DNA of 64,000 nucleotides from positions 4,098 to 68,097 of the forward strand of contig CAZSOV010000004.1 of NCBI GenBank assembly GCA_964608505.1, given 5' to 3'. This document shows positions 27,233 through 36,599 of this stretch, piece after piece. The position numbers were made by a program, and so were the translations under genes. Under the pieces are notes generated by a model, which was not told the origin of the DNA, did no database searches, and saw nothing but the letters and a program-made list of their open reading frames with translations. The stretch comes from an uncultured Verrucomicrobiota bacterium. Lineage in GTDB: Bacteria > Verrucomicrobiota > Verrucomicrobiia > Limisphaerales > CAIMTB01. The first letter of the stretch is position 1; each line of letters begins with the position of its first letter.

Positions 27233-28732
27233 ATGCTCCTGGCATCGACCATCCTGATCACATTCGCCGGGGTGCTGGGGGCCTACCTGGCCGGACCCGC
27301 GCGGGTGGGGTTGGTGCGGGCCGTCGCGTTGGGAAGCGCGCTGGCGGGCCTGGCGGCGGGCGTGGCCGGGGCGATCGGGTTCGGCGCGGGCGGCGAGGTG
27401 GTCACGTTGCTGCGGCTGCCGTGGGTCCCGTCGTTGGGGATCGAGTTCCACCTGGCGGCGGACGGGGTGAGCGTGGTGCTGGTGCTCCTGACGGGGGTGG
27501 CGGCGGTCGCCGGGGTGTTGTTCTCGTGGAACATCGAGGAGCGGGTGAACGAGTTTTTCGCGTTGTACCTGCTGCTCATCGCGGGGGTGTACGGCGTCTT
27601 CCTGAGTTTCGATCTGTTCCAGTTCTTCGCATTCTACGAACTGGCCATCGTGCCGAAGTATTTTCTGATCGCGATCTGGGGATCGACGCGGCGCGATTAC
27701 GGGGCGATGAAGTTGGCGCTGTACTCGTTCATCGGCAGCGCGGGGGTGCTGGTGGGGTTGCTGGCCTTGTACGCGGTCGCCGGGTTGGGGTCGTTCGACA
27801 TGCTGCGGCTCGCGGGAACCTCGTTGCCGGCGGGTTTTCAGGCATGGGCCTTCCCCCTCGTGTTTCTCGGCTTCGCGGTGCTGGCGGGCCTCTGGCCGTT
27901 CCACACGTGGGCGCCGACCGGCCACGTGGCGGCGCCAACGGCCGCGTCGATGCTGCTGGCGGGCGTGGTGATGAAGCTGGGGGCGTACGGCGCGCTGCGC
28001 GTGGCGATGGGGTTGATGCCGGAAGGGGCGAGGTCGTGGGGACCGGCGTTTGCGACGCTGGCGGTCGTGGGGATCGTGTACGCGGCGCTGGTGGCGCTGG
28101 TGCAGCAGGATTTCAAGTTCGTGATCGGGTACTCGAGCGTGAGCCACATGGGGTTCGTGCTGCTGGGATTGGCGGCGGCCACGCCGCGCGGGGTGGCCGG
28201 TGCCGTGTTGCAGATGTTCTCGCACGGGGTCATCGCGGGGCTGCTGTTCGGCGTGGTCGGACGGATGGTGTACGAGCGGACGCACACGCGGGAATTGTCG
28301 TTGTTGGAGGGGCTGGGGCTGGCGCGGGCGCTGCCGTTCGCGGGGGTCACGTTCACGCTGGCGGCGGTGGCCTCGATGGGCCTGCCCGGATTCAGCGGGT
28401 TCGTGGCGGAACTGCAGGTGTTGATGGGGGTCTGGCAGGTCTACCCGGCGGCGGCCCTGGCCGCGGGCGCGGGCGTGGTGCTCGCGGTGGCGTTCACCCT
28501 GCGGGTGCTGCAAAAGGCGTTTCTGGGAGAGGCGACAACCGGGGCGCGCCCGCTCGCGGAGACCGGAGCACCGCTGGAACCCATCACGGGGATGGAAAAG
28601 GCCGGTGCGCTGCTGTTGCTGGGAGTGAGCCTGGCGGTGGGGTTGTATCCCAGGCTGCTGATGGACTGGATCGACGCGGGGTTGGGTTCGGCGGCCTTCG
28701 CCGGCCTCCGACGGACGATGGGCTGGCCGTGA
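27233..28732 (+). CDS. nuoM: second NuoM-type antiporter-like subunit (copy 2, NuoM')
   Basis: FYELAIVPKYFLI (TM5 Glu), GFAVLAGLWPFHTWAPTGH (Leu at the TM7 Lys position) and GFVAELQVL (M-type TM12 Glu). 499 aa. Starts 3 nt after the stop of copy 1. Confidence 0.9.
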   Translation: MLLASTILITFAGVLGAYLAGPARVGLVRAVALGSALAGLAAGVAGAIGFGAGGEVVTLLRLPWVPSLGIEFHLAADGVSVVLVLLTGVAAVAGVLFSWNIEERVNEFFALYLLLIAGVYGVFLSFDLFQFFAFYELAIVPKYFLIAIWGSTRRDYGAMKLALYSFIGSAGVLVGLLALYAVAGLGSFDMLRLAGTSLPAGFQAWAFPLVFLGFAVLAGLWPFHTWAPTGHVAAPTAASMLLAGVVMKLGAYGALRVAMGLMPEGARSWGPAFATLAVVGIVYAALVALVQQDFKFVIGYSSVSHMGFVLLGLAAATPRGVAGAVLQMFSHGVIAGLLFGVVGRMVYERTHTRELSLLEGLGLARALPFAGVTFTLAAVASMGLPGFSGFVAELQVLMGVWQVYPAAALAAGAGVVLAVAFTLRVLQKAFLGEATTGARPLAETGAPLEPITGMEKAGALLLLGVSLAVGLYPRLLMDWIDAGLGSAAFAGLRRTMGWP

Positions 28733-28734
28733 CC

Positions 28735-30228
28735 ATGAACCTCGACTACCTGCAACTGGCCCGCCTGGCGACCGCCGAGATCCTGCTGGTGATCACGGCG
28801 CTCGTGGTCCTCGCCGTCGATCTCGGCCGGCGCGGCAAGGGCACCGAGCGGGGGCGGTGGGGATTGGCCGTCGGCGTGGGCGTGGCGGGGTGCCTGGCGG
28901 GTGTGGTCTGGCTGATGGCCGGCGCGGTGGAGGGCGCGGCGCCCGGGGCCATGCTGGTGAGCGACTCGCTGACACGATGGGTCCGGGGAGTGCTGCTGGG
29001 GTTGACGGCGGGGACCTTGCTGCTTTCGCGGGGCAACCGTTTCACGCCGCACGTCGGCGAATACGTCGCCGTGGTGCTGCTGGGTGCCGTCGGCATGTTG
29101 CTGATGGCCGCCACGGAGAACGTGCTCATGCTGTTCCTCGCGCTGGAGCTGGCGAGCGTGTCGCTCTACATCCTGACCGCGTTCGACAAACGCGACGGCT
29201 ACGGGATGGAGGCGGCGTTGAAGTACTTTCTCTTCGGCGGGATGGCGGGGGCGTTTCTGCTGTTCGGACTCAGCCTCCTCTACGGCGTCTCCGGATCCAT
29301 CGAGTTCCGGGGCATCGCGCGGGAGCTGGCCGGTGCGGGGCTGCCGCCGTTGTTGTTCGCGGGAGTGGTCCTGGTGTTCGTCGGACTGGGGTTCAAGGTC
29401 GCGGCCGTTCCGTTTCATTTCTGGGCCCCGGATGCCTACGAGGGCGCGCCGGCACCGGCAGCCGGCTTCATCGCGGGCGGATCGAAGGTGGCGGCGTTCT
29501 TCGTCGTGGCGAAATTCAGCATGCTGGCCCTGGCCGGGGTGGAAGGCAGCGGTGCCTGGGGGGGATTTCGGGCGGGTTGGATGCCGGTGGTGGCGTGTCT
29601 GGCCGGAGCCTCGATGCTGATCGGAAACCTGGCAGCCCTGTCGCAGTCAAGCGTGCGGCGGTTGCTCGGCTACTCCGCCGTGGCCCATGCCGGCTACACG
29701 CTGGTGGGAGTGCTGGCCGGCGGCCCCGACGGGATGCAGTCGGTGCTGTTCTATGCGTCGACCTATGCGGTGACGTCGTTGGGAATGTTCGGGATCGTGG
29801 GCTGGATCGAGCGCGCGACGGGCGGCTCGGACTTCCGCCATTTCGCGGGTTTGGCCGATCGCTCGCCGCTGGTGGCGTTGTGCCTCGGAATCTTCGTGCT
29901 GTCGCTGGGCGGCATCCCGCCGCTGGCCGGGTTCTTCGGGAAATTCTACCTGTTCCTCGCCGCGCTGAAGTCGGGGGGGACGGGGCTCGGCTTGCTCTGG
30001 CTGGCGGTGCTTGGCATCGCCACGACCTGCGTGTCGTTCTATTACTATCTCCGGCTGCTGAAGGTGGTGTTCGTCGACGCCGCGTCGGCGGGGTTTCGGC
30101 GTCCGACCGGCACGGGCGCCGAGTTGGCGACGATGGCCGTGGCGGCGCTGCTCGTCCTGCTTCTGGGCTGCGGACCCGGGCTGCTGCTGGACTCGCTGCA
30201 GGCGGCGGTGCTGGCCGTGAAATGGTGA
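28735..30228 (+). CDS. nuoN: NADH-quinone oxidoreductase subunit N
   Basis: ATG at 28735. FLALELASVSLYIL (TM5 Glu), GLGFKVAAVPFHFWAPDAYEGAP (TM7 Lys) and GFFGKFYLF (TM12 Lys). 497 aa. Confidence 0.92.
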   Translation: MNLDYLQLARLATAEILLVITALVVLAVDLGRRGKGTERGRWGLAVGVGVAGCLAGVVWLMAGAVEGAAPGAMLVSDSLTRWVRGVLLGLTAGTLLLSRGNRFTPHVGEYVAVVLLGAVGMLLMAATENVLMLFLALELASVSLYILTAFDKRDGYGMEAALKYFLFGGMAGAFLLFGLSLLYGVSGSIEFRGIARELAGAGLPPLLFAGVVLVFVGLGFKVAAVPFHFWAPDAYEGAPAPAAGFIAGGSKVAAFFVVAKFSMLALAGVEGSGAWGGFRAGWMPVVACLAGASMLIGNLAALSQSSVRRLLGYSAVAHAGYTLVGVLAGGPDGMQSVLFYASTYAVTSLGMFGIVGWIERATGGSDFRHFAGLADRSPLVALCLGIFVLSLGGIPPLAGFFGKFYLFLAALKSGGTGLGLLWLAVLGIATTCVSFYYYLRLLKVVFVDAASAGFRRPTGTGAELATMAVAALLVLLLGCGPGLLLDSLQAAVLAVKW

Positions 30229-30268
30229 ATCGGGATCCGGTCGGCCGCCCCGCGGCCCGCAACCGGTT

Positions 30269-31468
30269 CTAGTTCGATCCGTAGGTGCGCCGGTAGTTCA
30301 GGGGCGTCATCCGGCGCTCGTGGCGGAAGTAGCGGGCGAAGTGCTCCACCCCGGGAAAGCCGGTCGCGAAGGCGATCTCGGAAACCGAGAGGTTCGTTTC
30401 CACGAGCATCCGTGCGATCACCTCGACCCGGGAGCGGCGAACCTCGTGCAGGACCGAGCGTCCGAAAACCGAGCGGAAGCGGCGCTCCAGAACCCGGCGG
30501 GAGAGCCCCGCCGCGCGCGCGACGTCGTCGACGGCGATCCGTCGGCGGGCCTCCCGCCGAATGAACCGGATGGCCCGCGACACCGCCCCGTCCTCGATGA
30601 AGAGAATGTCGGTCGACTGGCGGGGCACGACATGGGTCGGCTGGACGAGGATGTCGTTCGTTCGGGACCGGCGCGGGTTGCGCATCATCGCGTGGAGCAG
30701 GCGGGCGGCTTCGAACCCGGCGCGTTCGAAGTTGATGGCGACGCTCGAGAGCGGGGGATGCCCGAGTTCGCAGACCAGTTCGTCGTTGTCGGCCCCGATG
30801 ATGCCGATGTCCTCCGGCACGCGGAGTCCGGCGAGTTTGCAGGCCTCGCTGACGTTCTGGGCGCGGTCGTCGTTGCAGGCCATGACGCCGGCGGGCAGGG
30901 GCAGTTCACCCAGCCACCGGGCCATGGAGGCCTGCTCGACCGCCCAGGGAACGAGGCTGGCGTCGTAGATCGGCTCCCGGACGGGTCGGTCGCGGGAGGG
31001 CGCGTAGTCCGCGCACGGCAGGCCGGTCGCGCGCAGGAGGCCGGCGAAGGCGTCCCGGCGTTCGTCCGACCAGGGATTGCCGGGGTATCCGACGAAGGCA
31101 AAGGACCGGAAGCCGCAGTCGATCAGGTGTTCGACGGCGAGACGGGAGATCATGCGCGAATCGGTGACGACATTGGACAGGCCGCGTACCTGCTGGCGGT
31201 GGTGCCCCACGACGATCGCGGGAATGCCGTAGCGGAGCACCTCCTGCACCCCATCGACGTCGCGCAACACGATGCCGTCGGCCGCGAGGCTGGCCAGCCG
31301 GCGGGAGAAGGCCTCGAAGCCGCCGGCCTCCCAGTGAAAGGTCCAGGGACCGTGGTGCCGGGCGTATTCCGAGATGCCGCGGAGCAGGCTGCGGCCCGAG
31401 GCGCGGGAGGATTCCAGGAGCAGGACGACGGTGGGAATCCGGGCGGGCCGGCGGGTGGGGGCAGGCAT
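30269..31468 (-). CDS. XylR-like transcriptional regulator (periplasmic-binding-protein-like sugar sensor domain plus AraC-type HTH)
   Basis: ATG at 31468. The N-terminal LacI/PBP-like domain starts [26 protein letters not shown]-terminal AraC HTH is [35 protein letters not shown]. Divergent from araA. Confidence 0.85.
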   Translation of the reverse strand: MPAPTRRPARIPTVVLLLESSRASGRSLLRGISEYARHHGPWTFHWEAGGFEAFSRRLASLAADGIVLRDVDGVQEVLRYGIPAIVVGHHRQQVRGLSNVVTDSRMISRLAVEHLIDCGFRSFAFVGYPGNPWSDERRDAFAGLLRATGLPCADYAPSRDRPVREPIYDASLVPWAVEQASMARWLGELPLPAGVMACNDDRAQNVSEACKLAGLRVPEDIGIIGADNDELVCELGHPPLSSVAINFERAGFEAARLLHAMMRNPRRSRTNDILVQPTHVVPRQSTDILFIEDGAVSRAIRFIRREARRRIAVDDVARAAGLSRRVLERRFRSVFGRSVLHEVRRSRVEVIARMLVETNLSVSEIAFATGFPGVEHFARYFRHERRMTPLNYRRTYGSN

Positions 31469-31614
31469 GGCGGGGTGGGAGGGGCAGGCTGGCAAACGAG
31501 TCGCAAATTGGTGAATCAAATTCGCATCGTGGCGTTGGCAGGACGACGCGGGCGGGGGAGGTTGGAGACCTGCTCCCGGGGGACAACGCCCCGGGAGAGT
31601 CACCGCGACCCACG

Positions 31615-33129
31615 ATGCAACAACACCTCCACGCCCTCGAAGTCTGGTTCGTCACCGGAAGCCAGCATCTCTACGGCCCCGCCGCGCTCCGGCAGGTGGC
31701 ACGGGATTCCCGGGAGATTGCCCGTTCCCTGAGCGCGGCCCGGGCCATCCCGGTCCGCGTCGTCTTCAAGCCGGTGCTGACGACCCCCGAGGCGGTCACG
31801 GCACTGTGCGGCGAGGCCAATGCCGCCGCGAAGTGCGTGGGGCTGATCACGTGGTGCCATACGTTCTCGCCGTCGAAGATGTGGATCCAGGGGCTGAGGC
31901 TGCTGCGGAAGCCCCTCCTTCACCTCCACACGCAGTACAACCGCGACATCCCGTGGGCGCGCATCGACATGGACTTCATGAACCTGAACCAGGCCGCGCA
32001 TGGCGACCGGGAACACGGCTTCATCATGTCCCGCCTCCGGCTGAACCGGAAGGTGGTCGTCGGCTTCTGGCAGGAGGAATCCACCCGGCAGCGGATCGGG
32101 GCCTGGTGTCGGGCGGCGGCGGCCTGGCATGACTGGCAGGGCGCGCGATTCGTGCGGTTCGGCGACAACATGCGGGAGGTCGCCGTGACCGAGGGCGACA
32201 AGGTCTCGGCCCAGATGCGGTTCGGATTCTCCGTCAACGGCTACGGCGTCGGCGACCTCGTGGACCGCATCAAGGAGGTCGGGGACGACGACCTCGACCG
32301 GCTCCTGGGCCGGTACGAGAGCCAGTACGAGGTGGCTCCCGACCTGCAACGCGGCGGTCGGCGGGCCCGCTCCGTCCGCGAGGCCGCCCGGATCGAGCTC
32401 GGACTCCGGGCCTTTCTCGAGGAGGGCGGCTTCAAGGGGTTCACCACCACGTTCGAGGATCTGCACGGTCTCGTGCAGTTGCCCGGACTCGCGCCGCAGC
32501 GGCTCATGGCGGAGGGCTACGGGTTCGGAGCCGAAGGCGATTGGAAGACGGCGGCGCTCCTGAGGGCGATGAAGGTCATGGGAACCGAATTGCCGGGCGG
32601 GACTTCGTTCATGGAGGACTACACGTACCACCTGGGCCCCGGCGGCAAGAAGGTTCTGGGCGCGCACATGCTCGAGATCTGCCCGTCGATCGCCGCCGGT
32701 CGGCCTTCGTTGCAGGTCCATCCACTGGGCATCGGCGGGAAGGCGGACCCGGCCCGCCTCGTGTTCGGCACCCCGGCGGGGCCGGGGCTCAACGCGTCGT
32801 TGATCGACCTGGGGAACCGGTTTCGCCTGCTGGTGAACGAGGTGGAGGTCGTCGAGGCCGACGAACCCATGCCGCGCCTGCCCGTGGCCCGGGCGCTGTG
32901 GCAGCCAAAGCCCGATTTCGAAACGGCCTGTGGCTGCTGGATCCAGGCCGGGGGCGCGCATCACACGGGCTTCAGCCGGGCGGTGACCACCGAGATGCTG
33001 GAGGATTTCGCCGGCATGGCGGGCCTGGAACTGGTCGTCATCGATGCCGAGACCCGGCCACGCCGTTTGCGTCAGGAATTGGAATGGAACGAGGTCGCCT
33101 ACGGCCTGAAACAGGGGTTCGTGGCATAG
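31615..33129 (+). CDS. araA: L-arabinose isomerase
   Basis: 504 aa. N-terminus [14 protein letters not shown] and overall AraA-like sequence. Confidence 0.92.
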   Translation: MQQHLHALEVWFVTGSQHLYGPAALRQVARDSREIARSLSAARAIPVRVVFKPVLTTPEAVTALCGEANAAAKCVGLITWCHTFSPSKMWIQGLRLLRKPLLHLHTQYNRDIPWARIDMDFMNLNQAAHGDREHGFIMSRLRLNRKVVVGFWQEESTRQRIGAWCRAAAAWHDWQGARFVRFGDNMREVAVTEGDKVSAQMRFGFSVNGYGVGDLVDRIKEVGDDDLDRLLGRYESQYEVAPDLQRGGRRARSVREAARIELGLRAFLEEGGFKGFTTTFEDLHGLVQLPGLAPQRLMAEGYGFGAEGDWKTAALLRAMKVMGTELPGGTSFMEDYTYHLGPGGKKVLGAHMLEICPSIAAGRPSLQVHPLGIGGKADPARLVFGTPAGPGLNASLIDLGNRFRLLVNEVEVVEADEPMPRLPVARALWQPKPDFETACGCWIQAGGAHHTGFSRAVTTEMLEDFAGMAGLELVVIDAETRPRRLRQELEWNEVAYGLKQGFVA

Positions 33130-33172
33130 GCAATCCGCCGCGTGCGCGGCATCCCTTTGGAGGAACGAGACC

Positions 33173-35548
33173 ATGAGAAAGAGCCACCTAGTCGGCGCAG
33201 TTCTGCTCGCCGCCATCCTGCCGTCCCTCGGCGCCGCGAGGATCACCATCCAGGCCGATCGCCCGGGACACCCGGTTTCGCCGGCGTTGTGGGGCCTCTT
33301 CTTCGAGGACATCAACCTGTCCGCCGACGGCGGGGTGTACCCCGAGCACGTGCGCAATCGGTCGTTCGAGGACGGCACGGAGCCGGAGCACTGGAAGGTT
33401 GTGGGTGCCCTGGCTCCCGGGGCCGAGCTCGCGGTGGACGGCAGTCGCCCCTTGAACCCGCTCAACCGGCGGAGCCTGCGCGCGAAGGTGGCCGGGAGCA
33501 CCGTGCTGGCGAACGAAGGCTACTATGGCATGAACGTCGTCCGGGGCGAACGCTACCGGTTCCAGGTGGCGGCCCGTGCCGCCGACGGCTTTGCCGGGCG
33601 CATCGCCGTCCGGTTGGTCGCGGGGAACCGGGAGTTGGCTGCGGGGGAGGTCCGGGGCATCACCCGGGACTGGAAGTACCACGAGTTCGAATGCACGGCC
33701 CGCGACGGCGACCCGCGGGCGAGCCTCGAGCTGCGGCTCGAAGGCCAGGGCACGCTGTTTCTCGACATGGTGTCGCTGATGCCCGTCCGCACCTGGAAGA
33801 AGTCCGGGCTGCGCCCGGACCTTGCCGAGGCCATGGCGGCGCTGAAGCCGGCCTTCCTGCGGTTCCCCGGCGGTTGCTGGGTGGAGGGCGAGGACCTGGC
33901 GCGCATGTACCAGTGGAAGAAGACGGTCGGAAGTCCCGATGTCCGGGTGCCGCTGCCGAACATCTGGGGTTATCAGGCGACGCACGGCGTGGGCTATCAC
34001 GAGTATCTGCAGATGGCCGAGGATCTCGGCGCGGAACCGCTCTTCTGCATCAACGCGGGCATGTCGCATCGGGAGACGGTTCCGTTGGACGCCATGGACC
34101 ATTGGGTGCAGGACGCCCTGGACGCCCTCGAGTATGCCAACGGCCCCACGAACACCGTCTGGGGCAGCCTCCGGGCCCGCCACGGCCATCCGGCTCCCTT
34201 CGGCCTGCGCTACCTCGAAATCGGCAACGAGAACGGCGGCGAGGCCTATCGTGAGCGCTGGCCTCTTTTCGTGAAGGCCATCCAGGCCAAATATCCCGAC
34301 GTCAAACTCGTGGCCAACCATTGGGCCGGCGGGTATCCGAAGGACCCGATGCCGGAGATCGTGGACGAACACTACTATGACACGCCGGAATGGTTCATGT
34401 CCCAGGCCCACCGCTACGACGGGTACGACCGGAAGGGGCCGAGGATCTTCGTCGGCGAGTACGCCGTCACCCGCAACACCGGCCTGGGCAACCTGCGCGG
34501 TGCCATCGGCGAGGCCGCCTTCATGACCGGGATGGAGCGCAATTCGGACGTCGTGATCATGGCCGCCTACGCGCCCCTGTTCTGCAACGCCAACCACAAG
34601 CGCTGGCCGGTGAACCTCATCAACTTCGACAGCTCCCGCTGGTACGGCATCCCCAGCTACCACGTGCAGAGGCTCTTCGCGGAACATCGCGGAACGGTAA
34701 CCCTCCCCACGGTCGTCGAATCCGGCAGCGTCGAGGAACCCTTGCCCCACGGCGGCATCGGATTGGGCACCTGGAACACCGCCGCCGAGTTCCGCGACGT
34801 CAAGGTCACCGCCCCGGACGGACGGGTGCTCCTGGCCTCCGACTTCGGACGCGATTCCGCGGGCTGGCGCGCGTTGGGCGGCGGACGCTGGTCCGTGCAG
34901 GACGGCGCCTTCCGCCAATCGGCGGCGGATCGGGAGTTCGTGCGGGCGCTGGCCGGCGACCGGTCGTGGACCGACTACACCCTGGAACTCAAGGCGCGCA
35001 AGATCGCGGGCCGCGAGGGATTCCTGATCCTGTTCCACAACGCCGAGGACGAGGACCGCATCTGGTGGAACCTGGGCGGCTGGGAGAACCAGCGGCACGG
35101 GGTCGAGATCGGATCCACGCTCGACCCGAAATCGGGACGGATCGAGACGGGCCGCTGGTACGACCTGAAGGTGGAGATCCGCGGGCTCGACGTGAAGTGC
35201 TGGCTGGACGGGGCGTTGGTGCATGACCTCCACCGGACCCGGCGGATGCTCAAGACGGTGTTCGCCAGTGCCACCCGGGACGCGGCGACCGGCGACACCA
35301 TTCTCAAGGTGGTCAACGGCGCGGCGACGCCCGCTGACGTCGAGATCGACCTCGCCGGTGCCGGGCCGCTCGCCCGTCGCGGGCAGGCCATCGTCCTCAC
35401 CAGCGGGAACCCGAAGGACGAGAACACCCTCGACGAACCCACGCGGGTGGCGCCGCGAACGGAGGCGCTGGAGCTGGAAGGGGCCCGCTGGACGCGGTCG
35501 TTCCCCGGAAATTCGTTCACGGTGTTGCGCATCCCTGCCGGGAAGTGA
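33173..35548 (+). CDS. secreted alpha-L-arabinofuranosidase (GH51) with an extra jelly-roll (DUF1080/LamG-like) module
   Basis: GGAGGA Shine-Dalgarno sequence then ATG at 33173, with a signal peptide. WGLFFEDIN, FLRFPGGCWVEG and YLEIGNENGG (acid/base Glu). 791 aa. Confidence 0.88.
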   Translation: MRKSHLVGAVLLAAILPSLGAARITIQADRPGHPVSPALWGLFFEDINLSADGGVYPEHVRNRSFEDGTEPEHWKVVGALAPGAELAVDGSRPLNPLNRRSLRAKVAGSTVLANEGYYGMNVVRGERYRFQVAARAADGFAGRIAVRLVAGNRELAAGEVRGITRDWKYHEFECTARDGDPRASLELRLEGQGTLFLDMVSLMPVRTWKKSGLRPDLAEAMAALKPAFLRFPGGCWVEGEDLARMYQWKKTVGSPDVRVPLPNIWGYQATHGVGYHEYLQMAEDLGAEPLFCINAGMSHRETVPLDAMDHWVQDALDALEYANGPTNTVWGSLRARHGHPAPFGLRYLEIGNENGGEAYRERWPLFVKAIQAKYPDVKLVANHWAGGYPKDPMPEIVDEHYYDTPEWFMSQAHRYDGYDRKGPRIFVGEYAVTRNTGLGNLRGAIGEAAFMTGMERNSDVVIMAAYAPLFCNANHKRWPVNLINFDSSRWYGIPSYHVQRLFAEHRGTVTLPTVVESGSVEEPLPHGGIGLGTWNTAAEFRDVKVTAPDGRVLLASDFGRDSAGWRALGGGRWSVQDGAFRQSAADREFVRALAGDRSWTDYTLELKARKIAGREGFLILFHNAEDEDRIWWNLGGWENQRHGVEIGSTLDPKSGRIETGRWYDLKVEIRGLDVKCWLDGALVHDLHRTRRMLKTVFASATRDAATGDTILKVVNGAATPADVEIDLAGAGPLARRGQAIVLTSGNPKDENTLDEPTRVAPRTEALELEGARWTRSFPGNSFTVLRIPAGK

Positions 35549-35587
35549 AACCATGCCCGCCACCCTGACGGTCCTGACCGAACTACC

Positions 35588-36580
35588 ATGAAATCGAATC
35601 CCCTGACTCTCGTTCTGGGCTCCCTGTGTCTCGCGTTGGCCCTGGCGGGCTGCGGCAAGCCCGAAGGCGGCGGGGCCGCTGCCACCCCCTCCGGCGCCTC
35701 GGCGAAGAAGATCCGACTCGCCTTCGTCCCGAACAATACCTCGAGCTTTTGGACCATCGCGAAACGGGGCTGCGAGACCGCCGAGAAGGAACTCGGCAAC
35801 GTGAAGGTGGATTTTCGCCTGCCCTCCACCGGAACGGCGGCGGAACAGCAGCAGATCCTCGATGACCTGCTCGCGGCCGGTGTCGACGGCATCGCGGTGA
35901 GTCCGGTCGACCCCGAGAACCAGACGGCCGCGCTCGACAAGATCGCGAGCCAGACGCTGTTGATCACGCACGACAGCGACGCCCCGAAGAGCAAGCGCGT
36001 CTGCTACATCGGGACGGACAACGTCGAGGCGGGCGTCGAGGCCGGCAAGCTGGTCAAGCAAGCCCTGCCCGCGGGCGGCAAGATCATGGTGTTCGTCGGC
36101 AAAATCGACGCCCAGAACGCCAAGGAACGATTCGAAGGCATGAAAAAGGAGCTCCAGGGTTCCAAGGTCGAGATCCTCGACGTACGCACCGACGACACCG
36201 ATCCCGTGCGCGCCCGCAAGAACGTGGAGGACACGCTCGTGAAGTATCCGGACGTCGCCGGGTTGGTCGGGCTCTGGAGCTACAACGGCCCCGCGATCGT
36301 GAACGCCGTCAAGAGCGGCGGGAAGACCGGCAAGGTGCAGATCGTCTGCTTCGACGAGGATGCCGAGACGCTTCTGGGCGTCGCCGACGGTTCGATCTTC
36401 GCCACCGTGGTGCAGCAACCCTTCGAGTTCGGACGCCAGGCCATCAGCAAGATGGCCGCCCATCTGGCGGGCGACCAAAACGCGCTCGCCGGCGGCAGGC
36501 AGATCGTCCCCACCCTGGCCATCCGGAAGGACAACGTCGGCGAATTCCAGGAACGCCTGAACAAGCTCCTGGCCAAGTAG
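35588..36580 (+). CDS. sugar ABC transporter substrate-binding lipoprotein (RbsB/PBP type 1 family)
   Basis: Lipobox LALAGC. PBP1 sugar-binding-like sequence. First gene of an SBP-ATPase-permease trio. Confidence 0.88.
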   Translation: MKSNPLTLVLGSLCLALALAGCGKPEGGGAAATPSGASAKKIRLAFVPNNTSSFWTIAKRGCETAEKELGNVKVDFRLPSTGTAAEQQQILDDLLAAGVDGIAVSPVDPENQTAALDKIASQTLLITHDSDAPKSKRVCYIGTDNVEAGVEAGKLVKQALPAGGKIMVFVGKIDAQNAKERFEGMKKELQGSKVEILDVRTDDTDPVRARKNVEDTLVKYPDVAGLVGLWSYNGPAIVNAVKSGGKTGKVQIVCFDEDAETLLGVADGSIFATVVQQPFEFGRQAISKMAAHLAGDQNALAGGRQIVPTLAIRKDNVGEFQERLNKLLAK

Positions 36581-36599
36581 GGCCGGGCATCCCAGGCGC

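Noticed and set aside
22662-28513. Two giant minus-strand ORFs (22662..25949, 1095 aa; 25370..28513, 1047 aa) opposite nuoJ through nuoM'
   Set aside because: Arg/His/Pro/Gln-rich composition without hydrophobic cores. They are antisense to strongly supported nuo genes, a classic high-GC antisense artefact.
25735-28734. First 1000 codons of the 1497-aa + strand ORF 25735..30228
   Set aside because: Gly/Arg/Ala-rich junk in an alternative frame over nuoM and nuoM'. The genuine gene, nuoN, starts at ATG 28735 directly after the nuoM' stop.
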